Shown piece after piece: positions 40,699-54,677 of a DNA stretch of 64,000 bases. How positions within the stretch are numbered: position 1 is the first letter of the stretch; every line of letters begins with the position of its first letter. A program made the translations under genes and the position numbers. A model generated the notes under the pieces. It made no database searches. It was not told the DNA's origin and was given only the letters and a program-made list of their open reading frames with translations. This DNA is from Trichoplax adhaerens (lineage: Eukaryota; Animalia; Placozoa): the NCBI RefSeq assembly GCF_000150275.1, contig NW_002060950.1, positions 2,282,106 through 2,346,105 of the forward strand, in the 5' to 3' direction.

Positions 40699-43600
40699 GA
40701 TAGATAAAGATGAGAATTAAAATGGATCCAAACCGAAAATCCTGCTTTTTAATGAAAAGCGGTAGATGAATAATATGATAAGTTCGTAAGGATATTCTTT
40801 ATAATTACTTTGCAATTATAAAATCATCAAGACTACAACAAAATAGATTTCCAAATTCTATTCACCACCATCGAGTGCAGTTATTTCAAAAATGGTAAGT
40901 GAAGGTAACAGAGAGCAGTTAATTATGAGTAATCTTAATTTATCTCACTAAATAATATGAATTATTAAAAGTGAAAAGAGGTGTCTAGTTTAGTGTTAAA
41001 TATCCAGATGCTGGAGCCTTTGTTTGAATAATTTTTTTGTAGTATACAATAATAACAGTTAGACACAAAGCAAGGCAAAAAGTTACATAATAAATTCGTG
41101 ATTCAGTTATTTGATTTTAGAATTAGCTTAGTGATAATCAAGTGATCGCTTCCTTTCATTAATTTTCAATTTATTATACTATTATATATTTTATTGATCT
41201 AGTTTTTGACGTAAGGACTATGATATAACATTGTATCTTGCTACGATTTTATTAGCCCAGAAAATATAATTGTAGTCAAAGTACTGTAAATAATTATTCA
41301 TGGTAGATATATTCGAACTTGACCGAGTATTTTAACTCCAGTGGATTACATTTACGAATCAATAAACCAACACAACATGTTGATGGCACCAATATCAGCC
41401 CACACACTACCGTCGAGAATATCCGCTATTTTGTTTATAAAATTAATCTTTAATTGTATATTGTTTCGTGCCCTTGATCCTCTTATACTATTCTGATAAC
41501 CGGTAACCAAAATAATACTTTTCAATCACTGTGAATAAGATTAGCTTCAAATTTTTAATCCTAATATAGCCTAAGGATACAAAAAAATGATTATGAAATT
41601 GACTCATTTATTTGATGATCAGTTCTGTTGGCTAATTGTAACAAGGCTATATAGCAGAATATTGGGGGAAAAAAATAGCAATTGGATATATTTTATAATT
41701 TAAGTAAGAGTCATTCATACAAGCAGTATGAAGTTGACATATGTTGCAATAGATTTTTCTGCTCACTGTTATTAAGTTTCCTTAGCAAAATTATCAATGA
41801 GAAATATTCTTCTACATTGCTATCAACATTAATATCAGCACACTACGGCAGAAATAACTGCAATAGCCATGAAAGAAGTTGAATTAGATCATTATTTACC
41901 CAAGTATCTGCTATCAAAAACAAAAGATGGAAATTTTCGTAAAAATTGGTCGTATTCTGCTTTCTTCTTTATAGTATTACCTTACATAAAATTAGATTTA
42001 TTTAGAGCACATTTATTAGTACGTATAGTTTATAGTGCTTTGATATATTCCAACTGTGATGTCCTACTATGTATTGTTATTATTTTTTTAGATTTATTAG
42101 TGTAAGTCTTTTGATAGGTTTACTAACTGAATTAGAATTATACTGCAATAAATGTAAGCTACCCTGCATTTTCAAGCCTTTTTGATCTTACTTTCTTGAA
42201 TATACTATAACAAAATTATTACATCTAGTAACTATTATGAAACTTTTATAAGCACTTCATTATCTTGGAAATGTTGGTCTTTCGTATCTTATTGTTTTTA
42301 ACTGCTAAGGGACAGCGAAAATTATTGCCCTTCTCGAATACGCTTATCCTAATGTATTTATTACCGATATTGAATAGTGCATGGAGGCTATTTTCGCCTT
42401 TAAATATTGGCAAATTTCTGTAATAATTTTCTGGGTTACCGTATACCACTTTAGAATGCTATCTACCTTTCATTACCTTTCATTTCCTTGGAAATTGTAG
42501 ACTACTATGATAATTTTACTGCTGAATAGTATTTAAATTGCCGTTTTAGAAATATTGCGTTTTTACTCTATGTTTCTTTGTCGAGTATATTTTGCCTTGC
42601 CTTAAAGTTACTCACACTACATTAGTGAGTAAATTTTATCATACCTATATCTTCCGACTACAATTTTACGAAATTAATTATCTTGCGGAAGTGATCGTTT
42701 TATTCATCATATTTCCGTCCAGTTACGTTCTATTTACCAAGAAAATATGCACTATATTTTTTTGACATCGTTTATGTTATTTTTATGCTATACTTTATTT
42801 TTGGTATTATCTTGTGATTACTTTCGTGATTTTCAGGTCAGGTTGACCTTAGGATCTCGAGAAAACACACTCGTAAATCTAATTTAAGGATAGAATCTTG
42901 TAATTTTCGTCTAAATAAATATATAATTGCTTTCAATGTTCTCCTATAATGAATATTGTTGGTGAATAAAATCTCGTTGTTAGTAAAATTGGGTATTCTT
43001 GCTTACAGTTTTCTTATACGTATAAAGAATTGAATCCCTCCCTGTCTATGGTACGATATGTATCTCTATCAGGTATTGCACAAAGTCGGGAGTCAAAGTT
43101 CTACCTAATGATACTGACAGAGACTTTGCGATTACTACAAATGATACTTTAAAAGCTATTATGTTCAAATAGAATGATACGTTGAAATAGATTATTTATA
43201 AATTTAAATAGTTCTGCTTATTTATGAGCATTTAATTATGATGAAACCATAATATTTATTTTAAAGCTATCATTAATTAATTAATTACTATTGGTTTCCT
43301 AGCTACGACTACATTCACCTTTTGGATCAAATGGATAAAAACTTTGAATATACAAGATTCTACTGTAAGATATTAATATCCTACAAATCCAGTTTTGTTG
43401 CACTCATAAGAGGCTGATTTTGATATAATTTCCTAATGTTAGCAAGGGTAAATAACTGGAGCCATTAGGTAATCGTCAAATTATCATCTTTTCATAAATT
43501 ATAGTTAAAGACTTAGAATAAATTCCGTAAAATTCAGACGATGTTTATATAAAACGTGTTTATTTACTGTCTACAGGAACTAAGGCTAATAACAATGTAA

Positions 43601-44609
43601 ATTTTACTAGTAGAATTAGCTAGTCGTTATTACAACTATTAAGTACAATAATAATTTCTTTGCACGCTTCAATTTGATATTAATATACTAAAAATGAATT
43701 CGTACACAACGAAATTTTGTTTCAACTCTATTTCACATATATAAAGCGATACTGAGTTCTACTAGCCTTGAATTCTAACCTCGATTTTTTAATCTGAAAT
43801 GATCCTTTGTAATATGTGAATAATTTTATAGTAAATTGAAATTTGCACCTTTACATACTATGCTCTGGGAGGGTAGAGCGGATTTTAAGGTTTCTTTAAA
43901 CACGACATGGCACTAAAATGCGCAATAAAATGGCTTGATGTTGGAGTATTTCAATTCTAATGTAAACAAATATCAACTAATAAGACTAGTAAGTAATTAA
44001 GTCTATTCCATGTATTCGTAAGTACGATACGTACTGCATATGAATTTCTTAACTTTAATGGAGCCTACGTTAGCTTTGACAACGGAAGATCATTTACACA
44101 GGCTAGATCTATGTACAAATTTATTGGCCACTAAATTTCTTTGTTACTTCAATCATGATATAATCGCGCTATAGAAATGAGATTTGTAATATTTATTTTG
44201 CATTGCTATAATAGAAATGAATATGTTCAACCCTGCATCATCATACCGATGACATTACAATCTCCAGTACCTGTGATAGAAACAAATTTCAAATCAATGA
44301 GGCTTCCACATTTCTGTTACCTTCAGCAAGTTTTACGTATAAGAAACATATGTAATTATTAATAATAATGCTATATTTTATACGGACGAATAAGCCTAGG
44401 GTTAAGAACCTATACACTAAGCAGATCATTGATAATTTTCGCATGTCACAAACCGTTACCGATACTTACAGTATAAAATAATTAAAGAAATAATGTTAAT
44501 AATGCAAATAAAGAATGTCAAACTCTTATGTTCTTGTAAGTAGCATTCAGAATCAAAAAAGTGATGGATATATTAAATTAATAAAGGTAATAGAACAGTG
44601 CAACGTAAA

Positions 44610-45030
44610 TTAGTATTGAAATTGCAGACTATTAGCTATGTTTAGTATGATGTACGGTAGCGTGACTTTTTATATTTATCTTAATACATGGTTAGTAGCA
44701 TGGCTGTGCAGTAGACTGCAAATGGAAGATTCTATGCTAGATTATAGATGAAAGTATACTGTACACTGTACAATAAGGGGTCGAGTTAATATTAAGGTTA
44801 GAAGTAAAAATAGATTTGTAAATCATATATTAGGATATACCTAGTTCATCGTACTCTGACTGGTAGAAATAATGTCGACGTGAATACAGTAGTAGTTTCT
44901 ATATTGGATTAATGACAGTCCGCTATAAAATGTTGTTACTAATAATAATCTGAATATGTGTAAAATATGGTAGAATATTACTATGCTGATAATTATAGCA
45001 GTGAATGCTACGAAATGTATATAAGCTGAC
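44610..45030. repeat. Copy 2 of the diverged ~400 bp direct duplication
   Basis: Colinear similarity to 35120-35515. ORFs 35328..35516 and 44841..45131 give alignable peptides ending SQSTMN*. Confidence 0.8.
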
Positions 45031-47755
45031 AATATAAACTTGGGATCTATGCCATTGCATGAAAATTTCCGAGCTTCAATAATAGTTGCGATTAGCGAAA
45101 GTAGATTGTCTTTCAAGATTTCATATATCATATTGGTAGTGTACGTAAATACAGAAATTTATGAAAGTATAAAATCTGTACAAAATCTCCTGCTTTTCAG
45201 TGAATGTTATAACTTGCTGTATTCTTATATATTCGATTCTTACAAACCGCTATTTTTGTTATAATAATTGTCTGAAGACATCCTTAGCTATTGCATGAAC
45301 TATTCATAAAAGCGACAACTATAGCTATTATACATATAAAACTTTAGTAAGTTCAATCAATAAATTATTTGCAAAAATAGAGAGGTAACACTAAATTTGT
45401 AAGGTACAATAAAATAAAGTCATACTAGGATATTTCCTAAAGGTGGATCGATCTCAGATTTTATATCTAATTGGTGAAGATTTAAGCGAAATGATTAATA
45501 TCAAAGTGAATTAGATATTATACTATTGATTAATTGACTGTTCTGTGAAGCGATTGATGATAAAGATTTTGAAGTTTGATTAATTAATAATAAAGGCCTG
45601 ATAAAGGATGATGTAAATAGTAATCTAGGGTCAATTACTTTATGAATTAATGTCGAAAAGGTAGGAAATCAATTAATTAGCCTGTCTATGTATCTTCATT
45701 ATGCTCTCTTAGCAGAACATAGAAGCACGTTTTATTCCATTTAAACATATTTAACTTTTAAAATACAACTTTATTCTTCTGTTTCAATAAAAATGGTTAC
45801 TTTTAGTTTATGATACAAAAAGGTTCAATAGGAAGTATATTAGCCAAAATGCTTGGATCAATTAATCGATATTTAAAGCTAGCTAATTGTTAGGTAAGAT
45901 ATAACCGGAACTATACTGGCAATGATTTCATTGCACTTTTTCTACTGACTCTATTACAACAAATTATTTTAACTAATGTACTAATTTCGTTTATAGTGGA
46001 TTTATCAGTTGCAAAATATCATCTTATTATAATTTACATCCACAATGCAAAGCGGAAATAAAGATTATAATTATTGATATAACATAATAAATTATGAGTG
46101 TATCCGTCAATTTAAGGAAGATTAACACTTTAGATAGAGCTCTAGACTTTAGTGAATGAGTTAAGTATTATTAGCGATCACAAATGTCTAGTTGTAGCAA
46201 CGAACAATATTTAAAATTTCTGCTTGACAGCTTGTTACATGAGAGCATAGCCCGTCTTTAATATATTTGTTACACTGCCCAAGGTGAATAGCTTATCGTG
46301 AGAATTCGTTGTACAAGTATTTCAACTACAGGTGCACTAAACAGGTAATTTACGTAACACTGGTACATCGTATTCCGTTGTTGACAGGTGATATATTCGT
46401 ACTACATGTTTTTAACTTGTCCTGCAATATTATCGAAATTATGTACTCAATCATTAAATAGGAAGGAGCTTATGCTCTCAGTCTTCATGAATATAGCCAC
46501 AGTATCTGAAATACGAGACTAAAATTCATCCATGTTAACTTAGGTTAGTCATGAAATTTTATGATCGTTCCTACGTATACATTGGCATTAGAAATGACTT
46601 GTAAAGTTTAGGCCTTCAGTACTAAATCAGTTATTTATTACTGTCCTATTTCCGTTTCGTTTTAGTTAGTTATCCGCGTATGGAGTAATATTGAGATTTT
46701 GATATTTAGTTAAATCCCAAAGGATGCCAATGCCAATTTTACTACAGTATTCTGTTTTGCTGCAGAAAATACCGAACTGCTAAGATATTACTGATACGTA
46801 TTCTCGTTTAATTAATTCTTTTTTTTGCCGTAAGAATGGACTTTTTTTTCTTATAGTTCATGCCGCAACTGCCCGTAAGTAATTTATGAGATAGGTCTAC
46901 GAATGCAAGCAGCTACATGATGTTGTTGGAAATATGGAATAAATTTGTTACGCCATTTTATTTGCATTGTCGCGCTCAAAGAATAAATAAAAAAATATCG
47001 CCTAGTTGTTTTCGGTGTCAGACCAGCATGGCTAATTATAAAATAATTATACATGCTAGTATTATTGATTTACTCTATTATAATTATTATCATGAAACCG
47101 TTAGGAGTAACAGAAAAAAAATTTGGCTGTAACTTTAATAAATGAGAGTACTACGGTACTATCAAGTTTATGTGACGGTTGTCTTATAAAAGGTACGATA
47201 CTGCAATTACATGTTAGCTTTATTGAAAAGAGGAATTCTTGCCTCAAAGAGATCACATATCATTTAAATCATTTGATGATAACAAGTCAGAAAAATAATG
47301 TCCAAATAGCTTGTTTAAATTGATAGCTGAACTTGGCTATAAGGTTGATCGAGACATACAGTAATAATTTTATAAATACGGCTACATCAATAAGTGGCCA
47401 AGGCTGTGTAAACCAGAAATTCGAAATTTAAAGCATCATATCAAAGAAATAATAATCGAAAAGTTAAGCGGACAACATTAAATACAGATAGGTGGACGCT
47501 ATCAATTCACAGTGACTTCTGAGTCACATTAATGTTATTACTAGTACATACTCGTACAAGGTTCATCAGTCTGCCATTTTCTGTATAGTATTTGATATAA
47601 TACAGGTCAGATAACATTCAACGATCAAACAATGCCTGAGTTTAAGACTAATTACTACAGATTTAATCGTGGTGTTTGCTCATTGTAGCAGTAACGAAAG
47701 AATGAGTCTTCAAGATATATAACATACTGCGAAATACTGTAGATAAAAAATATAT

Positions 47756-50749
47756 TTATGTTAAACTGAACTGCATAATAAATAACGGATAAGCGTAACA
47801 GTCACCATTTATCACATACATAGAGGGACTTGCTTTATCGTCTACCACGCTACTATAACAACATCTGGGAGCTTCTGGTAAATATGGCAGTACCATTTCA
47901 TCTTTTCGAGGTTCGGTAGATAATCCAGTTAAAACTTTCGCACAAACTAAAATGATATCTTTATCTGCGGGGTGAATATGATGATTGTACATCGCAACTT
48001 TAACGGCCTTCTTTGCAGTGACCGCAAAAGTAGTACCGAACGAATATTTAACTGCATGAGAATATCAAAAAGAAACTTATTACTGCCTTTAATCCAATTG
48101 TTAATACCATGCACTGTGTTGTATTTGTATATCAAACGATAATTTAAACTATGTATTATTCTCACCAGTGTCTGATCCAGTAAATTCTCTTTTAAATCCA
48201 CTAATAATGATTCTTCGAGCACCTTCAACATTAGTAGCATAAAAGAGAATTCTTTCTATTGGCGACTTTTGTATATCTGAAAATCGGGCTACCAATGCAG
48301 ATACATAACGTTTTTGAATGTCGTATTGTTCATATAGGATCTGATTTTCTACTTCAAAGAGGTTCACAACATCATACTCCAAATTACTAATAGTTGCAAG
48401 TAGCTTCTCGCCAATACTAGAGTCCGGTAAGATTGTATATATGCACGGTTCAGTTTTTATATCAGTAAATTCATTCACATCATCGGAGACTGTTCTATCT
48501 TTTATTGGCGTAGGAACTTTTAGCAAGTTCGCTTTTTTGATTGCATCTTCAGTGCCTGATGCTTCGCGGCTGTCTTCATGTGAAATGATATAATCTCGAT
48601 AAGAAGCGTGTATACCATCCCGTAAATTATTACGATTACTACTATTGCCATAGTCTGCTGATGACATCAATGGTGGTAGCGTTCGGATCATATCACTTAC
48701 GAGGGTCTGATCGTTTACTGTTATAACTAATCGTATGTCACGATAGGCATGGTGACGATGCCGGAATAAATATTCCGACAAAATTTTAAGTAAGCGTAAA
48801 GGTGCAACTTTGATGTCCATGAAATAGCTCCAGTTATTATCGATACGTATAGCAATAGATTTCAGATTGCAAACGTCTGCGTCTTCAAAACACTTTGCTA
48901 TCTGGAAATTCAATTCCAGAAGCATTCGACTATGGCGATTTTCTTCAGCCATGTAATAGGTTGTGACGGGTATATGATAAATGTATTGACAGTGCAAACT
49001 GCTGCCGTCAGTTTTATAAAAGGAACCTTTTTTCAATTTGGATAATTCGTTTTGGTGTTTCTTACCATAACGCGTTTCATCAGATAAATTAATACGAGCT
49101 GTATCTTCCTCTAAATTATCTTCGTAATTTAAGATAATTATTCCGTCAACCTAAATAATTAATTTATGCGTTCCATCATAATTATAGCGTTAATTGAAGA
49201 TTAATTTTGAAGGAAATGGAAAGTTATATTATGACAAAATTTCAGTTATAGCTTATTTAGCATTATTTGGCTACTGATTATAATAGTACAGTATAATATT
49301 GTAGCATACTTATACGTGAGAGCAGAACTTACCTTTTGATCTTTAACTTTACCAGAAAGAACACTTATTTGTACACCATTTACTATCTGACTGTATATTT
49401 CATTAGCATCACTGAGGTCAACTAATTTATGCGAGTGATCAGGTGAAGTCGGACAATTACTCAGCGAAATATTATCACTAAATTGACAATTTTTGTTATT
49501 CCTAATAGCTTTATCCGAGACAGAAGAAGCTAGTGAAGAAACTTCGGTAGTATTCTGAACGCTTGGGCTAGTGATCATGTCTTCTGTAATTAGCTGATCG
49601 GAGGTAAGAGGGTGATCATTTAAAATGATGCAACTTTTAAATGTTTTCAAAAACTCAGTATAAAATTCTTGCTGATAGATGATCCATCGGATTTCACGTA
49701 AAAAGTTGCTACCGCGCTTTTGCTCGCAATATGCTATAACCATTTGACTAAAAGCTTTAGCAACGGCAGTGACCGATAGACGTAAATTACCAGTGCCAAT
49801 AGATGGTATGGCTATCGAAGACATTTTATAGGTATTGGCTAACAAGAGGCATTTGTATAGTTCATCAGCCATCGTCTAATGAAAGTTTTTACGGACATTA
49901 GCAGCTTGCAATTGTAGTTTGATGGGTTACATAGAAGTTTAAAAGTTACGCAATATTATGATTACAGCAAAGATCTTCCGAAACTGTAATAACTATGCCA
50001 GCTTAGGTCCTCTTACCTTTATTCTAGTTGCTTCATTCGGATGCGAGTAGTGAATGAATGGAATGAAATATACTGACTTGCATGGCAATGTTTCTCCTTT
50101 TACCATGTAGACAGATCCCCAGTGGAGATCATTTACTTTTTTTGCAGCCAGAGTAAATTGGGGTCCACCAAGATTACATAATTTCTTCAATAAAGCGCCA
50201 CCCTCCATCTTGCTTGAGCACGAGCAAATGATGACATCCACCTTCGGTAAGAGTTGATGAATGGGCGTTCATATTTTAGTAGTTTATGGTTTCCATTTCA
50301 GAATAAAAGTAACAAAAATCTCTTTACGACAACTACGATTGTAACACAAACGACTATAGCAACACTACAGCTCTATTCCTACTCCAATTATTCAAGAATG
50401 AAATCAGAAGCCTTTCACTTAGCTAGCCTAGCTAGCTAGGAGATCCAGTAAAACAATCTTTCACGTTAAAGACTGGACAGTAACAATCATATAATTGCTT
50501 TATGGCTGCAAAGATTCACATTGAAGTAGTACAGTACTGATTGTGATTTATTATAATTAGCAGTGTCCAATTTATTCGTACTAGCGTTTAATAAATTATA
50601 TTTACAGCGCTCCAAAAGCAATTGTTGTCAGGTAAGGCTAGATCTACATCATCAACGCAGGATTTATTCTAGTATACCTTCTGCTGGGTAAGATCTCCAA
50701 GTACAATTTGCACCTTTATGCCATTATAGACAATCGTATACATTGCCAT
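47756..50749 (-). CDS. Macrodomain-containing PARP (PARP14/15/9-like): macro-macro-ART domain, catalytic motif degenerate
   Basis: Exons ~50678-50749, 50017-50241, 49333-49875, 48166-49150 and 47756-48051. Macro motifs GDLTQQKVDVII and SSIAIPSIGTGNL; second divergent macro (SGKVKDQKVDGII). PARP-fold motifs ERILFYAT, GF.R, KVLTG, YSSVVD and AYPLFIMQF. An upstream exon is possible. Confidence 0.85.
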
Positions 50750-51779
50750 CTTATTCTTTGTCACACGCTCGTTTGAATCAGTCTGAAAGATATGTAGAAA
50801 TGAATGGATTAATTCATTTATTTCTCCTATCGGTAAGGATATTCGCTGTCGTAGATTACAAGAAGAGAGCAAATTGCTTATTCCAATACGTCGAAGACTG
50901 CAGTTGTGATTTCTCCTAGTAGGAGTTATTTCGTAGAATGTGATAAGCAAGAATGAATTTAAAATATTTTCATCGTCCGGCTCATGACTGGAATTAAGTG
51001 TTTTACCTGTTACTGTTTTAGCCAGATATCACAGTGAATTCGATGATGGAATTTATGATACTGTACAAGTGTACAGTCTGTTATCGCTTAATAAGCTAGG
51101 AAATTGACATTAATTAAAACATTGCAGTAAGTACATTAGGCCTAGTGTCTATGTACGCGTATGCTTCTGATTTCAGAATTAGCAATCGATTGAGTAGAAT
51201 ATTATTAATTAAAAAAGGGTTGTAAACATCCACTTCTCACTGTAGTGCAGAAGCAATACTGGTCGATGTCGATGGTGTGAGCTCGTATTGTGCAGTACTG
51301 TACGACTACTACAGTTAACTAGTATTACTTTATGCTGTACTACGTGGATCGATTAGCAGCATTAGCTTTTGATCTTCTTTATTTTTTTTGATTGATTTAT
51401 TTATTTATTTATGCCATCTTTGATCACTTCATTTCTTTGGTATTTGTTCGATTAAAATTAATTCAATCATAAACAAAAATCTTATCGTAGATGAAAATTG
51501 TGATATGGTAGCTTGATCGATCACTTTTCTAGGAAAGTACCTGGTCAATCTTCATCGTAACGTTGATCAAGACTCAATCGATTTGCCATTTACCCATGAA
51601 GTGCGTGATGCTATTGGCAAGGACTAAGCAAGCACCTCCACATGATGGTGATAATTAATCGTCGGAAGCAAAGATTCCGTTTCTCCTATAGCACCGCACG
51701 AATGCCCGAAGTCTCTCTTCATCGGCAGTACATCAGATGGTTGCAGTTGCCATGGCGTTACTTTACTCCTATAGGTAGC

Positions 51780-52580
51780 AAGCTACAGTATTGTACTGCA
51801 AACATGCCTACAGTACTAACATGGTCTACGGTACTGTCGTGTACGCTACTACAGTACAGTACACTCACACACGAGTCACAAGTGAGTCGAGTCGTGTACA
51901 GTACGCTGTACTGTAGGTTTCCCCGCAAACTCGTAAATCTAGTCAAATCCTGTTAAGAAAGTACTGTAGAATGGGTAGCATAGTTTATTGAAACTTTTTG
52001 ATTTTAAAGCTTAATATCTCGAAAAGTACAAAACCTACAGCTTTCAAGTTTTCAGATTATGATAGGTTATTGATTACTCTACATTTCGGTACATTTTTGG
52101 CAAATTACTGCTCTATTTAGCAATACTAATTTTAAATTTGTGCGCTGGGGTAATTTTTGGACACCCTGATGTATGCCATGGAGTGATGGAGAATTCCATT
52201 AAGTGATTGTAGGATAATAGTATTTAGTATTTAGTGCTGTAAGTCCATGACTGTACTATCACGGACTGTTCAGTACTAGAAGATCATGCAGTAGTAGTCT
52301 ATGCTACGGTACTGTCAACTGGGCGTCAAAATGGAAATAGAAATTGATTCAGAGATGTACTGTACTGTACACTGTACAGTACAGTACAATAGAGGAAAGT
52401 TTCCTTTATAACGTACTACAGTGTACAGTACGGTAATCAAGGAATCTTGTACTGTACACTGTACAGTACAAGACCTGAGAAAGGTTCGGTTCGGTTCAAA
52501 CCGTTATGATCTATATCACAGTACCGTACACACGGTATAGTGTACTACTGTATGATAGTACTGTCCATACTGTACAGTAC
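51780..52580. repeat. Cluster of TACAG/CTGTA-based low-complexity palindromes
   Basis: Perfect inverted repeats at 52356-52388 (16 bp arms, 1 nt spacer) and 52445-52473 (14 bp arms, 1 nt spacer), with many gtactgta/tacagtac motifs around them. Confidence 0.8.
52010..52168. mobile_element. Possible single end of a Tc1/mariner-type non-autonomous element
   Basis: Ends in tttttggacaccctg (reverse complement CAGGGTGTCCAAAAA), resembling Tc1/mariner-type TIR termini, with aatatctcgaaaa upstream. No partner TIR and no clean TA target duplication seen. Confidence 0.3.
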
Positions 52581-54677
52581 ACTAATAAGATTGAGTTGGC
52601 TTGAAGCTGACTCGTATCTCCAAGTTCAATCATCTCGTCCATGGATGCTCTATCAATTGGATAGAAAGTGATGTCATGGCGACCGATCACTTACCCATAT
52701 TGCCTATCTCACGTAACTGGAACGAATGGTAGTATAATATTTTATCAGGGTACGTTAAATAATATGGAGGTATCGTAAAATTGGTTTATAAAATTGAATT
52801 GATGCATGCAAACTCTATGTTGTATTTCGAAAGAGAGCAAGCCGGTTGCAAAGTATCCAAATTCCAATAGCCAAATAATTCTGTTCGTGTTTTGTTCCTT
52901 CTAGCAGGAATGTTCTTTAGCTTGCTCTGTATTCTATGAATTCAAAAATACCGTAGTAATTCATCTTCATCTCTTGCTCGTTTGCAGTCTTGATGCTCCG
53001 TGATACGTCTTTGGATAATTTCTTATTGAACCAGATTGACCATGTAGGTCAAAGCTAGACGTAGTCCTTGTATCCAATAGATAGGAATAAGAACGATACT
53101 GAATTTTGCCTCATTGGGTTATCACTTTGATACGGTCGTAAGTGACAGCAAGTACAATAAATAGTTGTAAAGGTATATACCATACTCACCTTCGTACAGA
53201 GTCAAGATTTCTACAATGCCAGTAATCTGATCATGGATGCACGTTGATATACCTATAGTTAGTGAGACTAAAATGTTGTTTCTAGACTGTAATAAGCAAG
53301 AAGTAGATGGCGCAAGATTTCAGATTGTATTATTTCTGGCATTTTCAACTATTTCAAATACTAGACTTTAAATAGTTATGTAGAACGCTGATTTGATTGC
53401 AGTTATTATTGGCAATGATCAAAATTACAGTAGTGTACTACCGTAATAAAATCAATCACTACGATTAGCATACAATTAATTGCAACAACAACTGCAATTA
53501 TAATTATGATACTGAGGAGAATACCATTCGATAACATATTAAGATTTTTCTTACCATTATTTGATAACGTCATCGAGCTACAGTAAAATTCGTATATCTC
53601 ATGCGAGTATGGCAATTGCAGAGTACATAATATACCTCGGTAATAATTTAATTCGATTTCCTAACGTGTACATTAAACCAAACAATTTACTGTCTTTTAT
53701 TCTACGGTAATAATAGTTATTTACCTCCTAAGTGGAAAGAATAAACGCATGATTAAATTTAGGATAGTCTCTAAAAGTTGATAATGTACTTTACAGTTAG
53801 ATGAATTATAGCAGTACGCGCTGTAGAGACCTTAAAAATGGATTAGTTAGTGCAATGTAATAGTGGGTCCTATTTTAAGGTAGCCATTATTGATTAACAT
53901 ATCAATCTAAATCATCATAGCCGATAGCTTTTCCTTTTGCCTATAGGATCATTGGCTTTCTAGTTTCTTTTTCACATTACTGTAATGATGTTAATGAATT
54001 GCTTTGATTTGAAACACAGATAAAAAGTTTAAAGGTACTTTCCTATACGTACTGTACTGTAATATTGTATTTATTGATTAATTTATTGCTAATCCTGGTG
54101 TAACCAAGGCCTTTCTGCAAACGCTTCTCCTGACTTTAACATACGCGTATATTTCATTAAAGATGAGATTAATGAGCTACAACAATGTTTGTCCTAAAGT
54201 GATTTATTGGAAACTGTTTATAATGATAGGAGTTCGAATTTACTATTAAATCTTACCCTTTCTTACTTCCGATGTACTCGTACAGAATCTCCGTTTTCGG
54301 TCGTATGTACGTATTTACCTGTTGTTTTGAATTTCAGTAGCTAATGAACTTTCTTACTTTCACAAGATTTTCATAATCTGTAATGACACGATTTTGAACG
54401 TGTGAAAGATAAATTAATTTTAAGTAACCCCTAAAATTGATGAAGTACTGTATTACCGAGTACATCTTAGTAATAGTAAATACACATTAAAACAGAACCC
54501 TACCACTATTCTATTATGGTATTGTCGCTATTTTCATTTATTGTATGTACAGTATATAGACTGGCTGATTGAAATTCATGCAGTAGTTGATTTTTTTATT
54601 TATCAAGTTCATTAATCTCTTACTCCTGTAGTCCGCCATAACTTTTACTTTCACATTGAAGTCTGCTGTCTTATCTG

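Noticed and set aside
51642-51956. ORFs 51642..51956 (+) and 51758..51946 (-)
   Set aside because: They arise from the TACAG/CTGTA low-complexity tract.
52600-53260. Splice-like signals on both strands suggesting a small gene
   Set aside because: No consistent open frame or recognisable product could be assembled; a non-coding transcript cannot be excluded.
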